The position numbers and the translations under genes are program-made. A stretch of 64,000 nt of DNA, taken from assembly GCF_009914755.1 (NCBI RefSeq), contig NC_060933.1; one strand, given 5' to 3'. This document shows positions 44,790 to 57,131 of this stretch, one piece after another (the first letter of the stretch is position 1; every line of letters begins with the position of its first letter). The notes under the pieces are model-generated. The model made no database searches. It was not told the origin of the DNA and saw nothing but the letters and a program-made list of their open reading frames with translations. This DNA is from the human T2T-CHM13v2.0 reference genome, Homo sapiens.

Positions 44790-45911
44790 TGTATTAGGTT
44801 CCTATTGCTGCTGTAAGAATTATTACCATAAATTTAGTGGTTTAAAGCAACTTAAATGTAGTGTCTCACAGTTCTATTGGTCAGAAATCTGGACCTATCA
44901 AGGCTGAGAGCAAGTGTCAGTGGCTCGGGTTCTTATCTGAAGGCCCTGGGAGGGAATTTGCTTCCATGTGTATTCAGATTATAGCAGAATTCAGTTGTGT
45001 GCTGTTGTAGAGTTGAGGTCCACTGTGTCCTTTCTAGTTGTCAGCTGGAGCCAGCCCTGAACTAGTGGCTTCATTCTGGTTCTTGCATGCAGGTCCCTAC
45101 ACCTCAAAACCAGCAATGGTACATCAAATTCTTCCTACTTGGAATCCCTCCCGTTTCTCCTCTGACATATTTGTCTGCTCCAGCCAGAGAAAATTTTCTG
45201 CTTTTAAGGTCTCACATATTAGATTGGGTCTATCTGGATAATCCCAGGACAATCTCTCTGTTTTTGTTTTTTTTTGTTCTTTTTTTTTTTTTTGAGACGG
45301 AATCTCGCTCTGTCGCCCAGGCGGGAGTTCAGTGGCGCGATCTCGGCTCACTGCAAGCTCCCCCTCCCGGGTTCACGCTATTCTCCTACCTCAGCCTCCC
45401 ATGTAGCTAGGACTACAGGTGCCCGCCATCACGCCCGGCTAACTTTTTTGTATTTTTAGTAGAGACGGGGTTTCACTGTGTTAGCCAGGATGGTCTCGAT
45501 CTCCTGACCTCGTGATCTGCCCGCCTCGGCCTCCCAAAGTGCTGGGATTACAGGCGTGAGCCACCGCGCCCAAACACCATTCTCCTGCCTCAGCCTCCCA
45601 AGTAGCTGGGACTACAGGCGCCCGCCACCATGCCTGGCTAATTTTTTGTATTTTTTAGTAGAGACGGGGTTTCACCGTGTTAGCCAGGATGGTCTCGATC
45701 TTCTGACCTCATGATCCGCCCAGCTTGGCCTCCCGAAGTGCTGGGATTACAGGCATGAGCCACCGTGCCTGGCCGATAATCTCTCTATTTTAAAGTTCAT
45801 AACTTTAATTATCTCTGCAAAGTTCCTCTTGTCATGTTATGTAACATATTCACAGATTTTGGGGATTAGGACATGGACATGTTTGAGAAGGTCATTATTC
45901 TGTTCACCACA
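44790..45911 (-). mobile_element. MLT1D/E-like LTR interrupted by an AluY composite
   Basis: TGTATTAGGTTCCTATTGCTGCTGTAA...GGGATTAGGACATGGACAT...CACCACA. Confidence 0.8.
45260..45774 (-). mobile_element. AluY full length (45260-45571) plus partial AluY (45574-45774)
   Basis: Y diagnostics TGTTAGCCAGGATGGTCTCGATC in both; single flanking TSD GACAATCTCTCT/GATAATCTCTCT. Confidence 0.93.
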
Positions 45912-46149
45912 AAAGCTTAAAGTAATCATTACCTGTTGTTGGATATTGAGACAGTTTGTAGTGTTTTATTTGTTTGTTTGCTTTTGTAAATAACACTGCA
46001 AGGAATGCCTCCAATAGTTAGTTTTTGCTTTAGTTGGATTAGTTGGTTAGATAAATTCCTACAGGTGGAATTACTGGGTCAAAATTATGAAAATCTTTAC
46101 AATTTGATTTGTAGTACTCTATTGCTTCCCCAGAGGAAGCAATATTGAT

Positions 46150-46260
46150 ACTACTACTTAGATTTTACTATTACTATTTACTATTGCTGTTACTAGTTAG
46201 ATTTTACTATTACTATTTATATTTACTATTATTACTTAGATATTACTATTTAGATTTTAT
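46150..46260. repeat. AT-rich degenerate tandem repeat (TAGATTTTACTATTACTATTTA units)
   Basis: Read directly. Confidence 0.85.
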
Positions 46261-46418
46261 CTGTACACTTCTACCTTTTTCCCTAGCTATAAAAGGGGAT
46301 GAAAGAATGCCCTATTAAGTAGGCATTTTGCCTTCCAAATAAATGCTAGACAAAGACTGTCATTATTTTTTGCTTACCCCCATAGTACTTCATAGAGTGC
46401 TGAGCTCATACCTGATAG

Positions 46419-46600
46419 CAGTAGTGTGCTAGAACCAGCAGGTACCAGTTGTAACAGTTGCGTGCATCGCTTTCTAACTTTGCACTCAGTGATGACAGCC
46501 CAGTAGCTTCAATCAGCCACAGTGGAAATATTTATACCATGGAAATGGGCAAACACTATAAGAAAATGCTTTATTTTTTCCTTGAGAGCCATTGGTTGAT
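46419..46600. mobile_element. MER63-like hAT fossil
   Basis: CAGTAGTGTGCTAGAACCAGC...TATTTATACCATGGAAATGGGCAAA; family from memory. Confidence 0.55.
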
Positions 46601-48792
46601 GGGTAATCCATGTGTCTTTTTAAATTTTGGTTTTGTAGTTGTCCTCGGGTTCTAGGAATTTACTTTTGTCAAGCACATTTTGGAAAGCACAATTTGAAAA
46701 GGAACAGAAAAGTTGTAAAAGAGACTAGATACTTTCAGATACAGCCTCATATAGAGAAACAAGTACATATTGGGAACAAGACAGATTTTGTTTCAAATAT
46801 CGGTTCCACAAAAACTATTAGCTTTGGCATTTGATGGAAGTTGCCAGGCTTCTTTAAATCTCTGTTTCTTTAACTGAAAATGAGGAAATTCATACCTACC
46901 CTAAAGGATTCTTGGGCAAAGTAAATGATACATCAATATAAATGATACAAAAGGTACAAAAACAACAAATATAAGTTATTATAAGTAGGAATTCATGAAG
47001 TGGTTGACAACTCACTCCTATTCCTACTCAATAGATGGCTCTATTATATTTTGCCACTCCAAAAACATTGTTATTGCTACCTTATATTTGAACTTCACTT
47101 GCAATATCCAGAGAAGCAATGGTAAATGCATTCACAAAGAATAAGGCCTCTACTTCCCATTTTCTTTCCTTAAATTCTCAGGGAGATTTATAAATTGAGA
47201 ATCAGGATGCGTGACTAATTTACATCAAGACCCTGGGCACTATTTGGATTAGTGTCCTATGTTTCAGAAGCAGTCATTTATTCAACAAGTATTTATTGAG
47301 CTTCTATATTTCTGGTAATAACAATAATTCCTTTCATTTTCATAGCTCTTAAGAATTTACAAAGCAAGTTCACACCCATGATTGTATTAAAACCTTGTAA
47401 CAATGAGATGAGTTAGATTTTATTACCTCATTTTAAACATGAGGAAACTAGGGCTTAGAATAGAAAAGCCACTTTCCCAAGGTAGCCCAACTAGTAAAAA
47501 AAAAAAAAAAAAAACAGTGACATCAATCATTTCTTCACAGTGAATAAGAACAAAGATACCTGTCCACCATGTGAAAGCAAAGCACCTTGATTGGTTAGCC
47601 CAATTGGGTCAATTAATTTGTAATGATGCTTTACACAGCATAATTGCTATTCCCAAAAATAACTCACAGAATACTTCTTCATGTATTATCTCAACTGAGC
47701 CTCACAAAAACCTGTGAGGTGTAAGAAGAAAGAAATATGTGACCAAGACAGAAGAGAGGGAACAACTGAGCATCTACTGTGTACCCAACTTAGGTCCTAT
47801 GAAATTGATTTGGATTTCTTAGGAGATTGAGTCAGAGGCAAAGATCATATAATGATGTATTCTTGGGAATTGTCATCTCAGGGAAGCAAAAGTGAGGGAA
47901 GAAAGGGAAATGAGATATAGAAAGATAAAAAGCGAATATAAGATGGCAGCTTATTGAGCTGAACACAGCTTCTCAAGAAAACATAGTAGGTTGCTTTGTC
48001 ATGTGAGAAATCTCAGAAAGGGCTATGGAACCACTGTGATTTGGTCGATTCTTTCCTGTCTCTTGATTCTAATGAAGGACAAAATCTAACTCAAGGACAT
48101 TGATGAAAAAAATGTGCCATGCACACTCTAAGTATAAAAAGCCATAGAATATTACCAAAGATTAAAAGGAATGTTTCATAATGATAAAAGAGTAAATTTG
48201 TCAGGAAGAGCTAATATTTGCAAATGTATATGCACCTAATTACAGAACTTTATGAAGCAAAAACTTATAGAATTTTTAAAAGTATGAGTCATAGTTATTT
48301 TAGTATTAAATACTCCTATCTAAGTAATTGGTGAGATACATGAAAAAATTAGTTACATTATAAAATACTAAACAACACTATAAACTTGTGTAGATAAAAC
48401 TCATAGAACATTACACTCAACAATGGAAGAATACACTTTCCCTTTAATTACACATTGAACGTTCACTGATTCAGGCCACATTTTGGGCAACAAAATGAGT
48501 CTCAATAAATATAAAGTGATTTCAATCCTACAGAATATTTTCTGTACTCAACAAAATTAAATTATCAATGAGTAACAGGAAGATATCTAGAAAATTCTCC
48601 AATTAAAAAAAAAGTAACATGCTTATAGATAACTCTTGGGTCAATAAAGAAATCACAAAGAAATTAGAAAATGTGTTGAACTGAATTATAATTTAAAAAA
48701 CAACGTTTGTGGGATACAGCTAAGGCAATACCTGTAGGGAAATTCATAGTTTTAAACGTTTATATTAAAGAAGAAGAAAGCTCTGTAAGTTC

Positions 48793-49291
48793 TGTGAAAG
48801 TTCTGAGATTTTTTTTTTTACTTGCAAGCTAACAAATTAGCTGGCACAGTTTCCTGAATGGTGGCAGAAGACATGAGACTCCTGGGTCAGAGACAAAGGA
48901 CTTGATTATATACAGCAAGAGCAATAGCTAGAGTACCAGCATTGATACTGATTCCCTGAATCCCAATTCACAGAGGGTGATAATAAGAGGGCCAAATGAC
49001 ATCTAAATATGCAGTGGGTTGTGTTATAGGAGAAGAACCTCAAGTTCAGGAAACATGGATCTTTTATAATGGACAGTAGCCTCTCTGACTTTGCCCCAGA
49101 AGGAGACATTATATTTATTACATTGAACAGTGGACACACCTGCCTTTTGCTCTGGTGGGATTCGCTATCTTTATCTTTCAAGGTGGTTTTCCCTACGTTT
49201 ATTTTCAAAAAGATAGTGTAGAACCAAGGCAGTCAGTGCTGCTTCTTGCAAGATGTGCAGAAACATGAGAGATCATGATTTGTCTTCAACA
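48793..49291 (-). mobile_element. ERVL solo LTR (LTR40-like) nested in L1
   Basis: TG...CA termini; GCAGAAGACATGAGACTCCTGGGTCAGAGACAAAGGAC; TGCAAGATGTGCAGAAAC. Confidence 0.7.
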
Positions 49292-49639
49292 GTCTACACC
49301 AATGAACTAAACTTCCATTTTATGAAGCCAGAAAAAGAAGAGTAAAATTAACCCAAAATAAGTTGAAGGAAGGAAATAATAAAGGCAAGAACAGAAATAA
49401 ATAAAATAGAAATGGTGTAAGCATAGACAAAAGATTGTTCTTTGAAAAGATCAAGAAAATTAATAAACTTTAAGCATAAATGATCAAGGTAAAAATAGGA
49501 AGACAAATAATATCAGGAATAAAAAAGACTGTACAGTTTCTACAAACATTCATACCAGTAAATTTGTATTATAAACCATTTTATAGAAATAAATCTGTCA
49601 CCTTACATAGAACAGATAAATTTCTTTAATAATGCACCA

Positions 49640-50153
49640 AATTAAGTTTTTACTGTTGTAATGAATTATGACAAACTTAATGGCTTAAAACAGTATTCAG
49701 ATTTATTATCTTAGAGTTCTGAAGATCTGAAATCTGAACTGTTCCTCACTTGGTTAAAATCAGGGTATCAGCAGGCCTGCATTCCTTCTTGTGGTTCTAG
49801 GGAAGAGTCTACTTTCTTCCTTGCCTTTTCCAGCTTCTAGAGGCCACCTATATTCTTTGCCTCATGGCCCAATTTCTCCATAGTCAAAGCCAGCAATATT
49901 GAGCTGTCTTTTTCTTGCTGCCGTCTCTCTGGTTTTCTCTCTTTTGTTTTCCTCTTTCATTTGTAAGAACACTTGTGATTGAATTGGGCCTACTCAGATA
50001 ATCCAGGAACATTTAGCCATCTCAAATTCAGTTCATTAGCAACTTTAATTTAATCTGCAATTTTATTTCCCTTTGCCATGTAACATAGCACATTCTCAGG
50101 TACTGGAGATCAGGATGTTAACATCTTTGGGAAGCGATCATTATGCCTACCAT
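49640..50153 (-). mobile_element. MLT1D-like LTR nested in L1
   Basis: AATGGCTTAAAACA...TTGCCTTTTCCAGCTTCTAGAGGCCACC...GATAATCCAGGA...TTTGCCATGTAA. Confidence 0.8.
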
Positions 50154-50439
50154 TCACATGTTACCTGAAATGAAACTAGAAGAAATAGAAAATATAAATA
50201 GCCCTACATTTACTAAAAATTAAAATAGTGATTAAAAATCTGAAAAGTCTGGGCAGAAATGGCTTTTTCTAGTGAATTCCATCAAACAATTGAGGAAAAA
50301 AATATCAATTGTACAAAATGCTTTAAATAAGAGGTAAAGGAAGGCTTTCTAACTTGTTTTATAAGTCCAGCATTGTCTTGATACCAAAACCAGTCAAACA
50401 TATAATGAGAAAAGGGACTGGTATTTTGAGACTAATATC

Positions 50440-50500
50440 TAGGATGACCAAAAATCTAGGTTTTCCTGGGCCTTATCCCAGCTTTAGCACTGAAAATCTC
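50440..50500. mobile_element. MER81-like fragment nested in L1
   Basis: AGGATGACCAA...CCCAGCTTTAGCACTGAAA. Confidence 0.45.
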
Positions 50501-51712
50501 ATTTCAGTGTCAGGCACCTTATATAATATTCCTAATAGACACAGACACAAAAATTCTTAGCAAAGTATTAGGACATTGAATTCAACAAGCAATATGTAAC
50601 AAGTATAGTACAATATATCCCAGTGGGACTTATTTCAGGAACATAATATTGCTTTAAAGTTCAAAAATCAAGTAAAGACGTTTAACATATTAACAGAATA
50701 AAGGGAAAAGAGAATTTTTTTCAATATTTGCAGAAGAAATATTTGACAAAATTCAAAACTCATTTGTAATGAAAAAAAAAAAAACCTCTCAGCAAACTAG
50801 GAATAGAAGGTACTTCCTTAATCTGATAATGACCATGTATAAAAACCTCCTACTTACATAATAATTGATGGTGAAAGATTAGATTTTTTTCCTCTAAGAT
50901 GAGAAATAAGGCAAAGATATTACCACTACTGTTCAATCTTATACAGTCTTTTATAAATATATAACAATAACTATAAGAATAAAATAACAAATATAGCAAA
51001 ATATGTACATGACTTCTACATTCAACACTAGTAGGCATTGCTGATAGAAATTAAAGAAGATATATAAAAAAATACCGTGTTCCTTATTTTTAAAAATTGA
51101 CGTAAGATTTTAATTCTCCTAAAACTGATCTATTGATCCAATGTAATCATTTGAAAATGTAATAACTTAGATTAGCCAAAACAATTTTGAGAAAGAGAAA
51201 GCTGAAGAATATCTTCTACCTCATTTTAAGACTTAATATAGAGTTATAATCAGGATCATATGATATTGGCATAAGGATAGACATAAGGATCAATGAAATA
51301 GACTAGGCAGTTCAGAATACATCGTTGATTGATTTCAACAAAGGAAGCAAGGCAATTCAGTGAGGAGAAGATAATCTTTTCAATAAATTGGACTAAAACA
51401 ATTGAATAAAATGAAAAAAATCCTTGGTCTTTATGTCACACAACAAATACAAATTAATGTAAAATAGATCATAGACATAAGAGGTGAAGCTTTAAATCTT
51501 TTAGAAAAAAATAATAAGAGAAACCCTCTCAACACTGGTGTAGGCAACTATTTCTTAGACAAAAAAAGCATTAACCATAAAGAAAAAATATTTATGTCAT
51601 CAAAATTAAAATCTTTTGTCCTTTATAAGACACCATTTAAAAATGACAACACAAGCCACATACTAGAAAAAAAATCATATGACATACATCTGATGAAGGA
51701 CCTATATCCAAT

Positions 51713-52525
51713 GTATTTGTCAGGGTTCTCTAGAGAAACAGAAGCAATAAAATGCAGATACAGATAAAGATATAGATATGTCTAATAATATACACTATTT
51801 GTTATTCTGAGATTTATTATGAGGAATTGGCTCCTGTGATTATGGAGTCTGAGTAGCCCCACAGTCTGCTGTCTGCAAGCTGGAAACCCGGGAAAGTTGG
51901 TGACGTAGTTCAGTATGAGTCTGAAGGCTTATGAAGCAAAGAATCTGGTGGTGTAAGTCGTAGTCCAAGGGCAGGTTAAGACCAATGTCTCAGCTCAATC
52001 AGTCAGGCAGAATGAGCGAATTCTCTTTTCCTCTGCCTTTTTTTTTTTGAGACGGAGTCTCACTCTGTTGCCCAGGGTGGAGTGCAGTGCCAAAATCTTG
52101 GATCACTGCAACCGCCGCCTCTGGGGTTCAAGCAATTCTCTGCCTCAGCCTCCCAAGTAGCTGGGCTTGCTGGCGTCTGCCTCCATGCCTGGCTAATTTT
52201 TGTATTTTTAGTGGAGATGGGGTTTCACCATCTTGGCCAGGCTGGTCTTGAACTCCTGACCTTGTGATCCACCCACCTCGGCCTCCCAAAGTGCTGGGAT
52301 TACAGGCGTGAGGCACCATGCCCGGCCTCCTATGCCTTTTGTTCTATTCAGTGCTCAGTGGATTGGATGGTGCCCACCTACATTGGAAAGGGCAATCTGC
52401 TTTACAGAGTCCAACTCAAATGCTAATCTCATCCAAAAACATCCTCAAAGACACATCCAGAAATCATTTAGCCAAATATGTGGCCCATAATCTGGTCAAG
52501 TTGACATAAAAAATTAAGCATTATA
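51713..52525 (-). mobile_element. MLT2B-like ERVL LTR nested in L1, itself containing an Alu (52037-52327, minus)
   Basis: GTCAGGGTTCTCTAGAGAAACAGAA...GAGATTTATTATGAGGAATTGGCTC...CAAGTTGACATAAAAAATTAA; Alu TSD TCCTCTGCCTTTT/TCCTATGCCTTTT. Confidence 0.85.
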
Positions 52526-54808
52526 TCCAGGATGTGTATGTGTGTATGTGTGTGTATCTACCTGCCTGTCTTTCTACCTATCTACCTACCCATCTTACAA
52601 CTCAGTAGTAAGAAGACAAATAGTTCTGATTTTTTTTAAAGTGCAAACAATTTTGAGAAACAATTCACAAAAGATATAGGAATAACTAATAAGCACATAG
52701 CAACATTAACCATCAGATAAATGCAAATTAAAATTTCAGTGAGATACCACTACATATCCACTATAATGGCTAAAGCTAAAAGGACTGACAATATTAAGTG
52801 TTGGTGAGATATTTGGAGCAATCAGAATTCTCAGACATCGCTGGTAGAAATGTAAAATGGTAAAAGAACATTGAAAAACTCTGGCAATTCTTCTATAAAG
52901 TTGAACATACATTTACCATAAAACTCAGCAATTCCACTCCTAGGTTTTTATCTAAAAAGAAAGAAATACATATTCTTACCTCAGACTTGTAAATGAATAT
53001 GCACAGCAATTTTATTCATAGGACCCCCAAAGTGGAAACTATTCAAATGTCAATCAACTGTTACATAAGTAAACAGATTGTGATATATTCATACAAATGA
53101 AATTCTCTTCAACATGAAAAGAAACAAACTACTGATGGAAGCAAGAACATGAATGGATCTGAAAACCATGCTGAGTGAAAAAAACTTTACACAATACAGT
53201 AGATGATCTATGATTCCATTTACCTTAAACTCTAGAGCTGAAAAAAGTTGGAAAATGGAAAATGGAAAAAAGTTGGAAAAAGCTGAAAAATGGAATCTAT
53301 GATTCCATTTACCTTAAACTCTAGAGCTGAGAAATCAGATCCTTAGTTTCATGGGCTGGGACTGAAGGTAGAAACCGACTGCAAAGGGGCATGAGAAGCT
53401 TTCTGGGTTGTTGGAAGTTTTTTTTTTATCTTGATTGGGGTTGTGACTACTAGGTATGTAGGTGTATGCATCTTGTCAAAACACATCAAACTGTACACTT
53501 AAAAAGAATGCATTTTATTGTATGTAAATTATACGTTGAAATTTTGATTAAATAATATCAAGCCTGCTGTTCCCCACAGATCTCTCTGTATACCAGTAAG
53601 TGCTCCCTGGGATCCAATAAGGAAGCTTACAAACCAAATGATCTCTTTGCCACTGGGATAATCCAATGTCCTGAGTGGACTCCTGCATTATCCTCAGTTA
53701 TAGTCACTCAAGTATATTTAGAAATGCCTGGGCATGCCTTTGGGGTCCAACTAGGTATTTTATCACAAGGAATCCCAGAGCTTCCTGTGGAAGAATGTAC
53801 CATCAGAAAGGATAGAGTAGGCCATCCAAGCTTTGTACACATTGAGTAGTCTGAGGAGTTTGGTCACAGCTTGGGCTCTGCCACTTAGATCACTTCTGGG
53901 GCAGCCTGCCTCCTAGGCAGATGGAGCTGAAGTACAAGGGAGTGAAAACGCCGAGGACTGGTCTTCTATGATTCCTACAGGAGAATGAGCCACAGGGCAT
54001 TAGTGTGTATGGCTTTCTGTGCTTGAGAAGGCTGGTAGACAAGTCAGAAACAGTACAGAGCAGCATGGACATTGTGGCATAAGAGCAGAACAGAATGGCC
54101 ATCTCCAGAAAGGAAGGAAGAACAAGCATCATGCTGTCATGGGTATGGCAATGATAGAAGCTGTGATTGATGTCTGGACCTAGGCACCAGCGCAGGCAGG
54201 GAAGCAAAGAGCAGACCACAGAGCCCTGTACGATGCACATGAGGCCTCCCATGTGAGTGGGTGGAAATTTCAAGGGGACTGAAAGACTTGGGGTAGAAGC
54301 AGAGAAATACTTTTTCATAATAGTTGTCATGGTAGCCTTATGGCTCTTAATTGAGTATGGCTTTGCCAACCCATGATGCAGGCAACAAAAGATTTGCTTA
54401 GAACAGGTAAACAAGACAGGAAGGGGAGTTGTTTGCCTCTGTATGCAAACCAAAAACCTTAAGCACTTCAACATGCTAGATGATAATGTACATAACTGAT
54501 GTGGTCATTGATTTCAGATCAAGAAAGCAGTTACGTTAGATTTACAGGTTCACTCTAAGTGTGAGTCCAGTCCCTAGTGACATAAGTTCTTACCTTGAGA
54601 ACGTGCATTAGAAATAATGGTAGCAATTTCATCAGTGGACTTACATTTTATAGCTTTTGTTTTTCTTTTTTCCCCTTTTATAGTGATCAATTTTGATATA
54701 AATTTGCAGAAGTATTTAACAGAGAAAGCTTAAAAATATTTTTTAAACAATGGCCCATTTACCGTAGTAAAGAGGACCATTTATAGTTTGAGAACCATTG
54801 CCACAAAA

Positions 54809-55138
54809 CAGAGGCTGAGAAACTACAGCCCACAGGCCAAACCTAGCTCATCTGTTTTTCTGCAACCTATGAGCTAAGAATGGTTTTTATAATTTTAAAT
54901 AGTTAAAAAAAATAGAGAATACTATTTTGTGGCATGTAAAAATTATATAAAATTCAAATTTCAGTATCTATAAATAAAATCTCACTGGAAAGCAGCTGGG
55001 CTCATTCATTAACATATTGCTGACTGCTGCTTTCATCCAACAGTGGCAGAGTTGAGTAGTTGCAACAAAGACCACTGCGCCCGCAAAGCCTAAAATATTT
55101 ACTATCTGGTCCTTTACAGAAAAACTGTATGCACCCTG
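54809..55138. mobile_element. MER58B (hAT-Charlie)
   Basis: AAACTACAGCCCACAGGCCAAA...GAGCTAAGAATGGTTTTTA...AAAGCCTAAAATATTTACTATCTGG. Confidence 0.88.
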
Positions 55139-56578
55139 CTCTAGAATGGTTACTACTCGCTTGGATCACATCCTGGTAATCCAGTCTGGAGCTATTTGAA
55201 AGTCATCAGAACCAAAGTATTTCTTCAAAAATTGTCTTTATAAGCTGTGGGCTAATCCCAATAGGTCTGTCCCAGTTAGTCCCAGTTACTGGTGTCAGCT
55301 ACTGTCCTGCTCGTGGCTTCCCCATGGGTGCCCCGTCGCTGCCAGCACGTGGCTTGGCTCTCCCCCGTCTCCCAAGGAAAACCGCCTGCTGCCTTTATTG
55401 TTCTGGGCATTCCCATTCACGTTTTCACCAAGCCTGACCCTGCGTGGCTTGTAAAATCTGATGGGATCTCTGCCCAAGGAGGCATGGCTGCAGGCAGGTG
55501 GAAGTGCCACTCAGAAGAGGTGGTAACATGTGAGTAGAGAGCAGTCTGCAGAGAGATGGGTGGCACCTCGCTTTCCGTACACTTGAGCTATGATCATTGA
55601 GCTCCTGGGTTTCCTGAACATGAAACTCACACACTGCTTAAAACAACTCATTAGCATGCCTGGGGAGAGTTGAACAGTTCAGGCTTCTCAAAAGTCCAGT
55701 GTTTCCCTAGGAAGGAATTTACTAGGGTGGTGGTAGGGCTGGGGTAAGAGACTCCTCTACATGACCAACAGCATTGCATTAGGTACCTTGGCAAGAGCCA
55801 AGCGAGGTAAACAGTTCCATTACACATACGCCACATGAGGAGTGAGAGATGTCAGAGCTGGGCCAGTATGGAGGCAGCTGAGGTACACTGGAAAGAATAC
55901 CAGTGCTTGATGCCAGGAGGATCTGTCACTTACCAGCTGTGTCTTTTGGACAATTCACACATTGCCTCTTGGAGCCTCCTCTGTGATCTAACTCATGGGG
56001 CAGTTGAGAGAATCACATTAAATAAAGCAAATGAAGAATTTTGCCATCTGCAAAGCCCTCTGCAAACGCGAGGGGTTATTACAAGGCAGCTTGTGAGAAT
56101 CATTCTTTTTAGTGCCGTGTATTGACAAGGGAGCCACTCTCTGGTTAGCACTGGGCCAACAAAGCTTGGCTTTTGACGTCTATAAAAATCAGTTTAGGTC
56201 TTTCCTTACCTAGATATTAGGTTGTAAGGAATCTTTAAAGCCCTTTAGACATTCTGTCCTACCCCTATGCCAGCTTTCTTTGCCATTTAGCTTCCTCTCT
56301 GCAACATCTCTGCCAGATGGTTTGCCAGACTCTGCTTACATACTTTCAGGGATAGGAAGCTCACTCCTTGTTAAAAAACATCCCTCTTGTCTTTGCTTAG
56401 CTCTGACCACTGGAAAGTTCTTACTGGGCTGAAATCCACATGTTGATCTTTCACATACAAGTCTTATTTTCATCCCTCCTGTTCACCCAGAACAATTCCA
56501 ACAAATGCATTCTGCAACTCGGTAAGATCAATCCAATTTTCTTTATAAATTACATGCACTTTTTTATTTCCCCTAAAC

Positions 56579-57131
56579 TAGGGATTATCAAGCTTATTAG
56601 TCCCTGAACTCCTTTATACTCTTAAAAACCTTGAGGCCCCCAAACATCTCTGTTTTTTTGTGGATATATAGTTACTGATATTTACCTGATTAGAAATTAA
56701 AACTAAGAAATCTAGAAAAATATTAATTCAGTTAAGAATAAAATTAATAAGTTCATTGTATGTTAACATAAATAAAAACTTTTATAAAAAATAACAGTGG
56801 AGTCTTAAAAATATTTGGTGGGAATGATGGCTTTGCATTTTTGCAGCTCTCTTTAATACCTAGCTTAATAGAAGACAACGGGGTTCTTACATGATATAAA
56901 GTGGGAAAAGTGGGGAGTATTTTAGTAGCCTTTTTAGATCGTTGCAGGTGTGGCATGTAATCTCAAGAAACCTCTGTACACCCATGGAAGTTTAAAAAGG
57001 TAAATACCCATGGAGAGTTTAAAAAGGTAAATAATTCCCAGGTATTGTTATAAAATTATTTTGACCTCATGGAACCCCAAAAAGGGTCTTGGGGACCTTA
57101 GGGGTCTTCAGATCACGTTTCGAGAAGTGCA
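56579..57131. mobile_element. Charlie1-like internal-deletion element with a 26/27-bp tandem duplication (56980-57032)
   Basis: CCTTTATACTCTTAAAAA...TTAGAAATTAAAACT...TTTTGACCTCATGG...AGGGTCTTGGGGACC. Confidence 0.7.

Larger units (their letters stand above)
48110..53555 (+). mobile_element. Ancient fragmented L1 (L1MC/MD/ME-type): degraded ORF2 plus 3' UTR
   Basis: A-rich; ORF2 relics such as TGTATATGCACCTAAT (endonuclease YAPN motif), TGGGATACAGCTAAGGCA (WDTAKA), CAGCAATTCCACTCCTAGG; 3' end AAACTGTACACTTAAAA...TATTGTATGTAAATTATAC; no open frame. Confidence 0.9.

Noticed and set aside
46150-46260. CRISPR-like or designed repeat array
   Set aside because: Degenerate AT-rich slippage repeat without unique spacers, in eukaryotic context.
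48110-53555. Functional L1 ORF2
   Set aside because: Riddled with stops, frameshifts and nested insertions.
53890-54474. Longest ORF (194 aa, minus strand)
   Set aside because: Non-ATG start, Cys/Leu/Ser-rich composition with no recognisable domain; consistent with a chance ORF.
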